The notes: a model not told the origin generated them from the sequence alone. A stretch of DNA of 64,000 nucleotides from a virus (IMGVR_UViG_3300046004_001633:36792-100791); one strand, 5' to 3'; positions 1-6,794 are shown, counted from the first letter of the stretch. Translations and numbers: made by a program.

Positions 1-199
1 CTAAGCCATACCATTCCCCACTACCATTTGGAGATAAACGAGGTTTACCATCTGGAAATTCATCCTTTACATGGCCATCGGGATACACTGTCTTAGCAAT
101 CTTAATTACTGGCTTCTTGTATACTGGTTTTTTGCAAAGCATTCCTTTGCTGCGCAACCATAAAAATAATGTTGTCTTGAAGTTTCTTTTATGTGTCAT
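1..199 (-). CDS. hypothetical protein (partial, continues beyond window start)
   Basis: Minus-strand ORF starting at ATG 199..197 (MTHKRNFKTT...) and open to position 1. Preceded by a CTTATAATAT -10-like element. Confidence 0.3.
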   Translation of the reverse strand, partial: MTHKRNFKTTLFLWLRSKGMLCKKPVYKKPVIKIAKTVYPDGHVKDEFPDGKPRLSPNGSGEWYGL

Positions 200-231
200 A
201 GCTCTTTTTTTATATTATAAGAAAAAGTAAT

Positions 232-250
232 TAAATAACCAAGAACTGTG
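232..250. repeat. 19-bp perfect inverted repeat, arm 1 (partner at 623..641)
   Basis: accaagaactgtgggagtt. Confidence 0.8.
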
Positions 251-270
251 GGAGTTTTTTTGTTATTTAA

Positions 271-606
271 TTAGCAGATAATAGTCTTCTTTGACTTATC
301 TGTCTTGGTAGTTAATTTTGATTCCAATTGATCGATTCGGGAATCAGTGTATCTTCCAGCATGATCAGCAACATGCTGACACTGGGTGACCCGTTCAGAC
401 CTTTCGGCATCGATACCATTAATCAATGTACGTTCTATCATATTGATATCCTGATACATGTCCCGAGTTGAATCGTCTAGACGACGGTTCATTGTTAATA
501 ATTGTTTAGTTAAACTTAGTACCTTAAGCAATCCTAAAACTGCACATATCGCTACTGCGAATGTTACAATCGAAAGAACACCTATAGTAAATGAATATAG
601 TTCCAT
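271..606 (-). CDS. small membrane protein with one N-terminal TM helix and a coiled-coil region
   Basis: 111 aa ORF. Hydrophobic N-terminus IGVLSIVTFAVAICAVLGLL. Strong AAGGAG Shine-Dalgarno 8 nt upstream of the ATG. Flanked by 19-bp perfect inverted repeats. Confidence 0.55.
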   Translation of the reverse strand: MELYSFTIGVLSIVTFAVAICAVLGLLKVLSLTKQLLTMNRRLDDSTRDMYQDINMIERTLINGIDAERSERVTQCQHVADHAGRYTDSRIDQLESKLTTKTDKSKKTIIC

Positions 607-622
607 ATGTTGTCTCCTTGTT

Positions 623-641
623 TAACTCCCACAGTTCTTGG
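623..641. repeat. 19-bp perfect inverted repeat, arm 2 (exact reverse complement of 232..250)
   Basis: aactcccacagttcttggt. Confidence 0.8.
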
Positions 642-786
642 TTAAATTTATTTTACTGCGAGTATTGCGAGGCACATGAATATAGCTCCTATTTCATGGC
701 CGGTAATTAATAATAATGTAGCACTACTGATTAATGCTACGTAAAGTATTAGTTTATATAAATTATTTTCTTTCATAATCTGAATA

Positions 787-1359
787 TTAATCCCACCATC
801 TATCTATGTTCTGGGACATTAGTTTGAATATTAAATCTTTGCATTTCTTTTGTCGAAGATCACCCATAATCATTGCAACTAGTTGTTTGTCTGTATGATC
901 ATTTGTGAATGACTTTTGATGGTCTTTGATAAATTGAACTGCTTTTTTATGGCATAGTGGATATTTTGCAAAGTACTCGTTATATTTTTCCCATATAATT
1001 TTTGCATTCCAAGTTGAATATCCAGGTATACCCTCACATGGTGTAAACCAATGTTTATCTTCAGCATAATCCATATATTCCATATTGTAGAATTCATCTT
1101 GCTCTAACTTGATTAGTTTGACAACCAATCGCATACAGTTAGCATCCTGCTTTGCTCGGGTATGAAAGCCTCTGTCACCGATATATTTGGCTTGGAACTC
1201 TAACTTTTTAGCTAGTAGGTTGTATATGAAATCATGATCCCAATCTCTCTGCTTCCAGATAGTTGGAAACCATTTCCATAGATTCTTTACTCCAATTCTG
1301 AAATCTCTAGGTATATGTTGAACTTCCCAACGCCACCATCTTCTTATCTTATTGAACAT
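787..1359 (-). CDS. hypothetical protein
   Basis: 190 aa ORF, Trp/Lys-rich, no recognisable motif. An internal 72 aa ORF 879..1097 in another frame looks like a shadow ORF. Confidence 0.5.
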   Translation of the reverse strand: MFNKIRRWWRWEVQHIPRDFRIGVKNLWKWFPTIWKQRDWDHDFIYNLLAKKLEFQAKYIGDRGFHTRAKQDANCMRLVVKLIKLEQDEFYNMEYMDYAEDKHWFTPCEGIPGYSTWNAKIIWEKYNEYFAKYPLCHKKAVQFIKDHQKSFTNDHTDKQLVAMIMGDLRQKKCKDLIFKLMSQNIDRWWD

Positions 1360-1360
1360 C

Positions 1361-1600
1361 TTAATCTAAATTTAAATTCCATTCACTTAATATCTCTCTA
1401 ATGGATTCCCGTGTTGCTTCTGCGACTATATGTTCAATCCCAGTTGCTGGATCGGTGTCTTTAAGTTGACTCGTTCCGTATTTGGTTGTTTTTCTTAGTC
1501 GTTGGTCTAGTTCCCACATGGCATTCTTCCATTTATAACCATCTAATGCTACTTGAAGATCGTCTCTTTCTTCGTCTCCGAATTCTAATGTTAATTTCAT
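1361..1600 (-). CDS. hypothetical protein
   Basis: 79 aa ORF packed 1 nt after the upstream gene. Confidence 0.45.
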   Translation of the reverse strand: MKLTLEFGDEERDDLQVALDGYKWKNAMWELDQRLRKTTKYGTSQLKDTDPATGIEHIVAEATRESIREILSEWNLNLD

Positions 1601-1833
1601 AATCTATCTTCTATTTCCCAATATTCGTCCTGTGTTATTTCTTCTCGCATTACCATATTATCTAGCTCCCTACATATATTATCTACATATAAACTTCGCT
1701 GAAATTCTAATGCTGGGATATCATAAAAAAATGGAACTTCGGTTGCATATTTCAATTGCATGAACTTTCCATGTTCCCACTCATCGTGTAGTCTAGCTTC
1801 ATACATTTCTACTAGGGCATCTATATCTACCAT
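1597..1833 (-). CDS. hypothetical protein
   Basis: 78 aa ORF with a 4-nt overlap to its neighbours (operon-style packing). Confidence 0.45.
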   Translation of the reverse strand: MVDIDALVEMYEARLHDEWEHGKFMQLKYATEVPFFYDIPALEFQRSLYVDNICRELDNMVMREEITQDEYWEIEDRL

Positions 1834-2528
1834 AACCAGTTAACTTCGTTTGTAATCGGATTCCAATCAAATGTCAAAGGCTTTTGAGTGTAATTGTATC
1901 GCTCATTTAATACAGAAGCATTAAAGTAATGCGTTTGCCCATTAAAATAATACCCATATCCTGAATGAATATGTCCACATACATGGATCTTTGGTTTAAC
2001 TACCTCATTTATATGCTTTGCTAGCAACTCACAACCTAAATGGTCTCCACGTCGACCTTCAACATCATCCAATGTTCCCCAAGCTGGAGAATGTGTAACT
2101 AGGATATCTGTGTTGGTTGGAATTGCATCCCATTTTGATTGCAGTTCCTCTCCGTTGCGAGGTAGGTTAAACGCCCAATTATAAAAATAAGGTTGCCATG
2201 GTGAACCATAAATAACTAATTGTTGATCTTCTTTATCCCATAAATCTAATCTAGCATCTTCAAGATAATCAATAGTCTTATATCCAGTCAATATTCCTTT
2301 TGCTTCCTCCGGTTCATCTTGCATCCAACGATCATGATTACCAGCAATAAATATTTTTGCATCGTAATTATCAATTTCATCGAACCATTTAAAGAATTGC
2401 ATTGCCTCCATTGGATTATATCCCGAAGTCATAAAGTCACCTGCATGGATAAGCAAAGCACCACCCGGTAGATCTTCTGTTACTTGTTTATGCTTTGCGT
2501 GTGTATCTGAAATTAGTGTTATTTTCAT
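1827..2528 (-). CDS. calcineurin-like metallophosphoesterase
   Basis: Motifs LISDTH, GDF, GNHD and GHIHSG match the metallophosphatase signature D-x-H...GD...GNH[DE]...GH. Confidence 0.75.
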   Translation of the reverse strand: MKITLISDTHAKHKQVTEDLPGGALLIHAGDFMTSGYNPMEAMQFFKWFDEIDNYDAKIFIAGNHDRWMQDEPEEAKGILTGYKTIDYLEDARLDLWDKEDQQLVIYGSPWQPYFYNWAFNLPRNGEELQSKWDAIPTNTDILVTHSPAWGTLDDVEGRRGDHLGCELLAKHINEVVKPKIHVCGHIHSGYGYYFNGQTHYFNASVLNERYNYTQKPLTFDWNPITNEVNWLW

Positions 2529-2914
2529 GACATTACAATATAAAGTGTATAATTAGAATTCTGTGTTTTAAATACAATTGTTCTGATACTACCGGCAATG
2601 ACATCACTTTCAATTTCTTTGATTGGAGTTGTTAACCAAGTGTATGCCGCATATTGAGGGTCTAACACACAACTAAAACCAACTGCCGGTTCATCATGTA
2701 ACTGCTTAGCTCGACTGCCTATTGCGTCACCTTCAAATTCAACAAATTTAACTAGCGATCCTCTCAATGTGAAGTCGTTTTCTTTTACTATTGTAACCGG
2801 AGAATTTGTTGTATCACAGACATTGCATATGGTAACGGTAACTCGTAACCCTTTTTGTCTATGATCTGTAATTGCATTGCACTCAGTACAATATATGTTT
2901 AATATGCTTTCCAT
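2525..2914 (-). CDS. hypothetical Zn-ribbon protein
   Basis: 129 aa with CTEC...CNVC paired cysteines near the N-terminus. Confidence 0.45.
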   Translation of the reverse strand: MESILNIYCTECNAITDHRQKGLRVTVTICNVCDTTNSPVTIVKENDFTLRGSLVKFVEFEGDAIGSRAKQLHDEPAVGFSCVLDPQYAAYTWLTTPIKEIESDVIAGSIRTIVFKTQNSNYTLYIVMS

Positions 2915-2947
2915 ACTAATAATATATAAAATTTATTTCATAAAACC

Positions 2948-2992
2948 AAAAAAACCCTAGCAGTTTCTGTGGATCAAACAGTCTTACTAGGG
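2948..2992 (-). terminator. rho-independent terminator-like hairpin plus U7 tract
   Basis: CCCTAG...CTAGGG stem enclosing an inner CTGT/ACAG hairpin. Followed on the minus strand by UUUUUUU. Sits between the tRNA/ncRNA block and the gene starting at 2914. Confidence 0.55.
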
Positions 2993-3340
2993 TGTGATAA
3001 TTGGTTATATGGTTGTCCATGAAGGCACCGTCGTGCACCCATAAATCAGATCCAATTTCCCAATATCGGAAAAGACCATCTAGGTGAGCGGATCTTACGG
3101 GACGCCCGATGGTTCTTGAGCCTGCAGATTCTATCTACAGGGGGCAAAAGACACATCCTGGTACGCGCAACCGGAGACACTCCGATCCATTAAGCGTGAT
3201 GTGTACTATTGTTTATAAATATTTAAAATAAAAGCTAGGTCACCGATGCCACCTAGCTGTGGAGAGTTATTTAATGACATTTTTTTACTTAAGCAGCAGG
3301 GTCTCTCTTAACTGTCAAACCCGAATCGGTATTAAGGTGT

Positions 3341-3445
3341 AGTCAGGACAGGATTCGAACCTGTATGTGTAACTTTCTTGGCCCTTCCCCAATGGCACAC
3401 TATCCACTCGTTAATTTAGCGTCTAACCAATTCCGCCACCTGACT
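3341..3445 (-). ncRNA. aberrant 105-nt tRNA-like gene
   Basis: Acceptor AGTCAGG/CCTGACT, D-arm GCGG-AATTGGTTAGA-CGC and T-arm ACAGG-TTCGAAT-CCTGT are all canonical. About 50 nt lie between the D- and T-arms with no clean anticodon stem. Inner hairpins GTGTG/CACAT and TTGG/CCAA are present. Confidence 0.4.
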
Positions 3446-3994
3446 AATACCGACGCCTTTACTTTCACGAGGACTTGCATGTCTTTTTCAATATTTCTAT
3501 CTTAGGACCCCACCGGTATTTTTTGTAGGGCTCCCAATATCCCTACACGCACCTAAAGTTTTATCCCTAAAGTGATTACTCACCGCAAATCGGGGCCGGC
3601 TGGTGTTTATCCTTTAACCGGATTGGTTTTAATAGTTGAGGTTGAGAACCTCTGTGTTGTGTATGCAGAACTTCTCATACCTTCATCTCATTCATACCTC
3701 ACATGAACAACACATTTAATAAAACTAAGGCGTATTACATTATACTACTTTCTCTTACGAGCCTGTGACAGTTCTAGCTGCCTATTTCCTTAGTTTTAAT
3801 AACATACCCTGTCAGCCCAAGTTGCTGAATATTAGACTTAGCATTAAAGGGTTGTCCTAATATCCTTCCGCAAACAACTCCACTCTTGGTTGTGGATTCT
3901 AACTTCAATAGTTTCTGTACCGAAATACAGGTTGGAATACACAACAGTTATTTGTTTACTTCAAGCAGGGTAATATTTCAAAGAACGTTTTAGA

Positions 3995-4063
3995 AGCGGA
4001 TTCAGGACTCGAACCTGGCCATGGGGTTATGAGCCCCTTGTGCTACCAATTACACCAAACCGC
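3995..4063 (-). tRNA. tRNA-Met/fMet (anticodon CAT), short form
   Basis: T-arm CCAGG-TTCGAGT-CCTGA. Anticodon loop CTCATAA with a GGG/CCC anticodon stem. D-loop TAATTGGTAG. Acceptor has a 1-72 mismatch (initiator-like). Confidence 0.6.
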
Positions 4064-4069
4064 AATGTG

Positions 4070-4143
4070 TACTCCTAGCAGGACTCGAACCTGCAACGAC
4101 TAGATCCTAAATCTAGTGTGTCTACCAATTCCACCATAGAAGC
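4070..4143 (-). tRNA. type-I tRNA with anticodon TAG (Leu-decoding anticodon, short 5-nt variable loop)
   Basis: Clean cloverleaf. Acceptor GCTTCTA/TAGGAGT with two G-U pairs. Anticodon stem CTAGA/TCTAG, loop TTTAGGA. Variable loop TCGTT. T-arm GCAGG-TTCGAGT-CCTGC. Discriminator A. Confidence 0.55.
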
Positions 4144-4170
4144 ATTTATACCAATATTGTCAATGAACTT

Positions 4171-4226
4171 TGTCTTCTTAATTACTCTTATATAATAAGA
4201 AATAAATCAATTGAATCCAACCTTTT
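4171..4226 (-). promoter_or_regulatory. sigma70-like promoter motif TTGGAT-N17-TATTAT inside the tRNA cluster
   Basis: Minus strand: TTGGAT (4220..4215), 17-nt spacer, TATTAT (4197..4192). Shares the AGAAAT spacer signature with 8 other copies. Confidence 0.5.
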
Positions 4227-4242
4227 CGGAAACTTTTTTGAG

Positions 4243-4312
4243 TATAAGGTAAGAATCGAACTTACACTATTAGTTTTGCAGACTAACCGACCACCCCAAT
4301 CAACTTATACAA
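4243..4312 (-). tRNA. tRNA-Cys (anticodon GCA)
   Basis: Acceptor GTATAAG/CTTATAC. Anticodon stem TTAGT/ACTAA, loop CTGCAAA. T-arm GTAAG-TTCGATT-CTTAC. Weak D-stem. Confidence 0.5.
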
Positions 4313-4315
4313 TTG

Positions 4316-4388
4316 TGGACAGAGAGGGAATTGAACCCGCGACACCTAGAGCTTCAATCTAGTGCTCTACCAACTGAGCTACCTGTCC
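4316..4388 (-). tRNA. tRNA-Phe (anticodon GAA)
   Basis: GGACAGG-TA-GCTC-AGTTGGTAGA-GCAC. Anticodon stem CTAGA/TCTAG, loop TTGAAGC. T-loop TTCAATT. Confidence 0.85.
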
Positions 4389-4456
4389 TTCTTCGGGGAG
4401 GACTTGGCTGAGGTATCCTAACGGTTCTACCCTCAACACTCGCCTCCCGTCTTATG
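4389..4456 (-). ncRNA. GC-rich 68-nt hairpin element between tRNA-Trp and tRNA-Phe (possible tRNA remnant or small RNA)
   Basis: Minus strand GGGAGGCG...CCTCCCCG forms a long stem. No T-loop or anticodon architecture. Confidence 0.25.
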
Positions 4457-4530
4457 CACGCCTGGATGGATTCGAACCACCAACACTTGGATTTGGAATC
4501 CAATGCTCTACCAATTGGAGCTACAGACGC
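4457..4530 (-). tRNA. tRNA-Trp (anticodon CCA)
   Basis: GCGTCTG-TA-GCTC-CAATTGGTA-GAGC. Anticodon stem TTGGA/TCCAA, loop TTCCAAA. T-arm GGTGG-TTCGAAT-CCATC. Confidence 0.8.
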
Positions 4531-4574
4531 ATTTTATCCGACCTAGCTCGGATCACACATCGGATCTTTTATTG

Positions 4575-4647
4575 TACCCTTACAGAGACTCAAACTCCAA
4601 TCTTCCCCTTAGAAGGGGGATGTTCTATTCAATTGAACTATAAAGGC
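4575..4647 (-). tRNA. tRNA-Arg (anticodon TCT) with non-canonical T-loop TTTGAGT and a D-loop lacking GG
   Basis: GCCTTTA-TA-GTTC-AATTGAATA-GAAC. Anticodon stem TCCCC/GGGGA, loop CTTCTAA. T-arm TGGAG-TTTGAGT-CTCTG. Confidence 0.7.
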
Positions 4648-4652
4648 ATTAG

Positions 4653-4724
4653 TACCCTCAAAGAGATTCGAACTCCTATTCCTCGGTTCGTAGCCGAGTG
4701 TTCTATCCGTTGAACTATGTGGGC
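4653..4724 (-). tRNA. tRNA-Arg (anticodon ACG)
   Basis: GCCCACA-TA-GTTC-AACGGATA-GAAC. Anticodon stem CTCGG/CCGAG, loop CTACGAA. T-arm AGGAG-TTCGAAT-CTCTT. Confidence 0.8.
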
Positions 4725-4730
4725 AATTTG

Positions 4731-4804
4731 GGTGAATGGTGGGTTTCGATCCCACTACCTCCAGAATCACAATCTGGCACTCTTCCGATTGAGCTACAAA
4801 CACC
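4731..4804 (-). tRNA. tRNA-His (anticodon GTG) with extra 5' G-1
   Basis: G-1 opposite C73. D-arm GCTC-AATCGGAA-GAGT. Anticodon stem CCAGA/TCTGG, loop TTGTGAT. Unusual T-loop ATCGAAA in GTGGG/CCCAC stem. Confidence 0.7.
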
Positions 4805-4805
4805 A

Positions 4806-4836
4806 TTTAAAAAACCCCACTCCGTAAGTGGGGAGG
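4806..4836 (-). terminator. hairpin plus U7 tract immediately 5' of tRNA-His
   Basis: CCCCAC-UUACGGA-GUGGGG on the minus strand followed by UUUUUUU. Ends 4 nt before the tRNA-His 5' end. Confidence 0.5.
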
Positions 4837-4839
4837 GCA

Positions 4840-5066
4840 ACTTAAGGCAATGCCATTGGATGAACTAGTCATCGCCATTACATGCACACTTTGTGTACCG
4901 TAGTACCGAGTAATGGTAATGATCCACTCTAAGGTCGGATATGAACCAACCTCGGTCCCTGACCACTCGGCATTCTGTGGAAGACAGTGTACTCGAAACA
5001 CATACCTTGCGGTACCACTCGCTTAGCAGGCGGTGACAGTTCCTAACTGCTTTACCTTCCATTGTG
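4840..5066 (-). ncRNA. ~225-nt ORF-poor structured spacer in the tRNA cluster (candidate stable small RNA)
   Basis: No tRNA signatures. Only short shadow ORFs. Moderately GC-rich with many local stems. Position is analogous to the T4 tRNA-region stable RNAs. Confidence 0.25.
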
Positions 5067-5140
5067 TATTCAAGATAGGATTTGAACCTATGACCTCCTC
5101 GGTATCAGCGAGGCGCTCTAACCAACTGAGCTACATGAAT
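5067..5140 (-). tRNA. tRNA-Ile (anticodon GAT)
   Basis: ATTCATG-TA-GCTC-AGTTGGTTA-GAGC. Anticodon stem CCTCG/CGAGG, loop CTGATAC. T-arm ATAGG-TTCAAAT-CCTAT. Confidence 0.85.
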
Positions 5141-5146
5141 ATATTG

Positions 5147-5218
5147 AGGACTAGGGGAATTACGATATCCCGACCTGACGCTTAACAGGCGCCTGCTCTG
5201 CCTCTGAGCTACCAATCC
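5147..5218 (-). tRNA. tRNA-Asn (anticodon GTT) with atypical T-loop ATCGTAA
   Basis: GGATTGG-TA-GCTC-AGAGGCA-GAGC. Anticodon stem GGCGC/GCGTC, loop CTGTTAA. T-region GGGAT-ATCGTAA-TTCCC. Confidence 0.65.
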
Positions 5219-5224
5219 TTATAG

Positions 5225-5308
5225 TGCCGCAGGTAGGATTCGAACCTACTCAGCCTTCCGACAACAGATTTACAGTCTGCCCCGACTCTCCAACTTCAGC
5301 GCTACGGC
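5225..5308 (-). tRNA. tRNA-Tyr (anticodon GTA), type II with long variable arm
   Basis: Acceptor GCCGTAG/CTGCGGC. Anticodon stem GCAGA/TCTGT, loop CTGTAAA. 14-nt variable arm. T-arm GTAGG-TTCGAAT-CCTAC. Confidence 0.8.
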
Positions 5309-5313
5309 ATTTG

Positions 5314-5386
5314 TACACCCTATAGGATTCGAACCTATGACATTTGCTATGTAAAAGCAATGCTCTACCAACTGAGCTAAAGGTGC
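5314..5386 (-). tRNA. tRNA-Val (anticodon TAC)
   Basis: GCACCTT-TA-GCTC-AGTTGGTA-GAGC. Anticodon stem TTGCT/AGCAA, loop TTTACAT. T-arm ATAGG-TTCGAAT-CCTAT. Confidence 0.85.
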
Positions 5387-5395
5387 ATTTGTTTG

Positions 5396-5469
5396 TGATC
5401 CCGGTGAGGTTCGAACTCACGACTCCCTAATTAAAAGTTAGGTGCTCTAACCAACTGAGCTACGAGATC
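5396..5469 (-). tRNA. tRNA-Lys (anticodon TTT)
   Basis: GATCTCG-TA-GCTC-AGTTGGTTA-GAGC. Anticodon stem CCTAA/TTAGG, loop CTTTTAA. T-arm GTGAG-TTCGAAC-CTCAC. Confidence 0.85.
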
Positions 5470-5539
5470 GGTCGTTTGCGATACTTATCGCTCTTGTCAC
5501 TTTCCATGATCTACCTTTTATTTGTTATTAACTGTTTTG

Positions 5540-5612
5540 TCGAAAGTGCCAGATTCGAACTGTGCTTGAATGTCCCAAACATCCCGTGCTACCGGATTAC
5601 ACTACACTCTCG
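5540..5612 (-). tRNA. tRNA-Pro (anticodon TGG), irregular T-stem
   Basis: CGAGAGT acceptor. D-arm GTG-TAATCCGGTAG-CAC. Anticodon stem GGATG/CATTC, loop TTTGGGA. T-loop TTCGAAT with only 3 clean T-stem pairs. Overlaps the last codons of ORF 5597..6229. Confidence 0.55.
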
Positions 5613-6229
5613 ATATAATTTTTAATAATTGAAATATCACCATATATTATATTAATACATGTTGAAACTTTTTCCATTTTTTCTTTGCCCACTTCCATAC
5701 AATGTGGATTTTTTGGATCTAAATACATATCATAGTCAGTCAAATAAAAATCTGGATAATATAATCTAGATTTACCATCATTACTAATCCATTTAATACA
5801 AGCAGGTCGTATCCACTTTATATTTTTACTATCTAATAATTGAGCTATTTCCAATTCCCAACTCGATTCTAAAACAACTCCGTTATATATTATAGTTTTC
5901 CTACTGCCGTTTCTATAAGAACGATTCGTGCTAGCGCTAATACTACATAGTCTAGAACATGTTTTCTTTTTTCTATTATTATATTCTAATTTAGTTTTAC
6001 AAATTTTACAATGATTTGGATTTTCATTATATAATAATATATTTTTAGCGAGTATTTTATCTGACCCATTATACATACTTCTAAATGGTTGAAGTTTTAG
6101 TATACTATCCGATATTTTCTTTTTAACTTCATCGCTCCGATCTCTGCTATTTCTACATTGCAAAGAACAATATGAAACCAAACCTTTTGTGGGTTCAAAT
6201 TCATCGCTACATTTCTTACATATTTTCAT
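5597..6229 (-). CDS. Zn-finger protein with PD-(D/E)XK-like C-terminal region (possible homing endonuclease embedded in the tRNA cluster)
   Basis: Two Cys4 ribbons (CKKC...CSLQC and CKIC...CSRLC). C-terminal LESSWELEIAQLLD...YYPDFYL resembles a restriction-endonuclease-like core. AT-rich gene between two tRNA blocks. Confidence 0.35.
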   Translation of the reverse strand: MKICKKCSDEFEPTKGLVSYCSLQCRNSRDRSDEVKKKISDSILKLQPFRSMYNGSDKILAKNILLYNENPNHCKICKTKLEYNNRKKKTCSRLCSISASTNRSYRNGSRKTIIYNGVVLESSWELEIAQLLDSKNIKWIRPACIKWISNDGKSRLYYPDFYLTDYDMYLDPKNPHCMEVGKEKMEKVSTCINIIYGDISIIKNYIESVV

Positions 6230-6289
6230 ACAATTCCTTTATTATAAATATAGAGTCGAACCTCAAACCATACAATCAAACTGTTATTG

Positions 6290-6373
6290 AGGAAGCCTGA
6301 GGTATCGATCCCCATACCTTTCGGTACCACTAGTTTTCAAGACTAGGTTAAGCGCCAGCTTAATTAAACTTCC
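6290..6373 (-). tRNA. tRNA-Ser (anticodon TGA), type II with atypical T-loop ATCGATA
   Basis: Acceptor GGAAGTT/GGCTTCC. Anticodon stem CTAGT/ACTAG, loop CTTGAAA. Long variable arm TGGTACCGAAAGGTA. T-region TGGGG-ATCGATA-CCTCA. Confidence 0.65.
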
Positions 6374-6378
6374 TTATG

Positions 6379-6450
6379 ATCTCCCCCAAGGTCTCGAACC
6401 TTAATTTTATGGCCCAAAACCACACGTCCTGCCAATTAGACGAGGGGAGA
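6379..6450 (-). tRNA. tRNA-Gln (anticodon TTG)
   Basis: TCTCCCC-TC-GTC-AATTGGCAG-GAC. Anticodon stem TGTGG/CCATA, loop TTTTGGG. T-arm TAAGG-TTCGAGA-CCTTG. Confidence 0.7.
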
Positions 6451-6487
6451 ATTTAATTTACCAATATGTCAAACAACTTTTATTCTG

Positions 6488-6560
6488 AGCTTTCTATAGG
6501 ATTCGAACCTATGACCCCTTCATTACAAGTGAAGTGCTCTACCAACTGAGCTAAGAAAGC
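6488..6560 (-). tRNA. tRNA-Thr (anticodon TGT)
   Basis: GCTTTCT-TA-GCTC-AGTTGGTA-GAGC. Anticodon stem CTTCA/TGAAG, loop CTTGTAA. T-arm ATAGG-TTCGAAT-CCTAT. Confidence 0.85.
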
Positions 6561-6568
6561 ATTAATGT

Positions 6569-6599
6569 AAAAATCCCGAGCCTAATTAAAGACCCGGGA
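6569..6599 (-). terminator. hairpin plus U5 tract immediately 5' of tRNA-Thr
   Basis: TCCCGGGUC-UUUAAUUAGG-CUCGGGA on the minus strand followed by UUUUU. Ends 9 nt before the tRNA-Thr 5' end. Confidence 0.4.
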
Positions 6600-6794
6600 C
6601 AAATTCGTTTATATGTAAATTATATTAACTTATCCCAGGGCTTCCTGTATACTGCTTCGGATCTAGAATCGACGTCGCAACTAACTCGCGGCCATGATTC
6701 ATCACCTGATTGACACTCGGCCAACTAAAGCAATTTGTTATGTTAATATTTCTTTCCATCTTCGTATAAATATAGGTCTATTTACTTTTTCTTC

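Noticed and set aside
3341-3445. Considered whether the 105-nt tRNA-like gene plus the upstream 3000..3340 region is a tmRNA. A GCUGCUUAA ('AA-stop') triplet string exists near 3288..3300 on the minus strand.
   Set aside because: Both acceptor strands are within the 105-nt unit, so the 5' and 3' ends pair locally. The frame ending at that stop reads ...RDPAA, unlike any tmRNA tag. No pseudoknot series is evident.
4609-5062. Three 64-65-aa minus-strand ORFs from the track inside the tRNA cluster.
   Set aside because: They run straight through tRNA-Arg, tRNA-His and structured spacer sequence. Their composition reflects tRNA-derived GC content, not coding potential.
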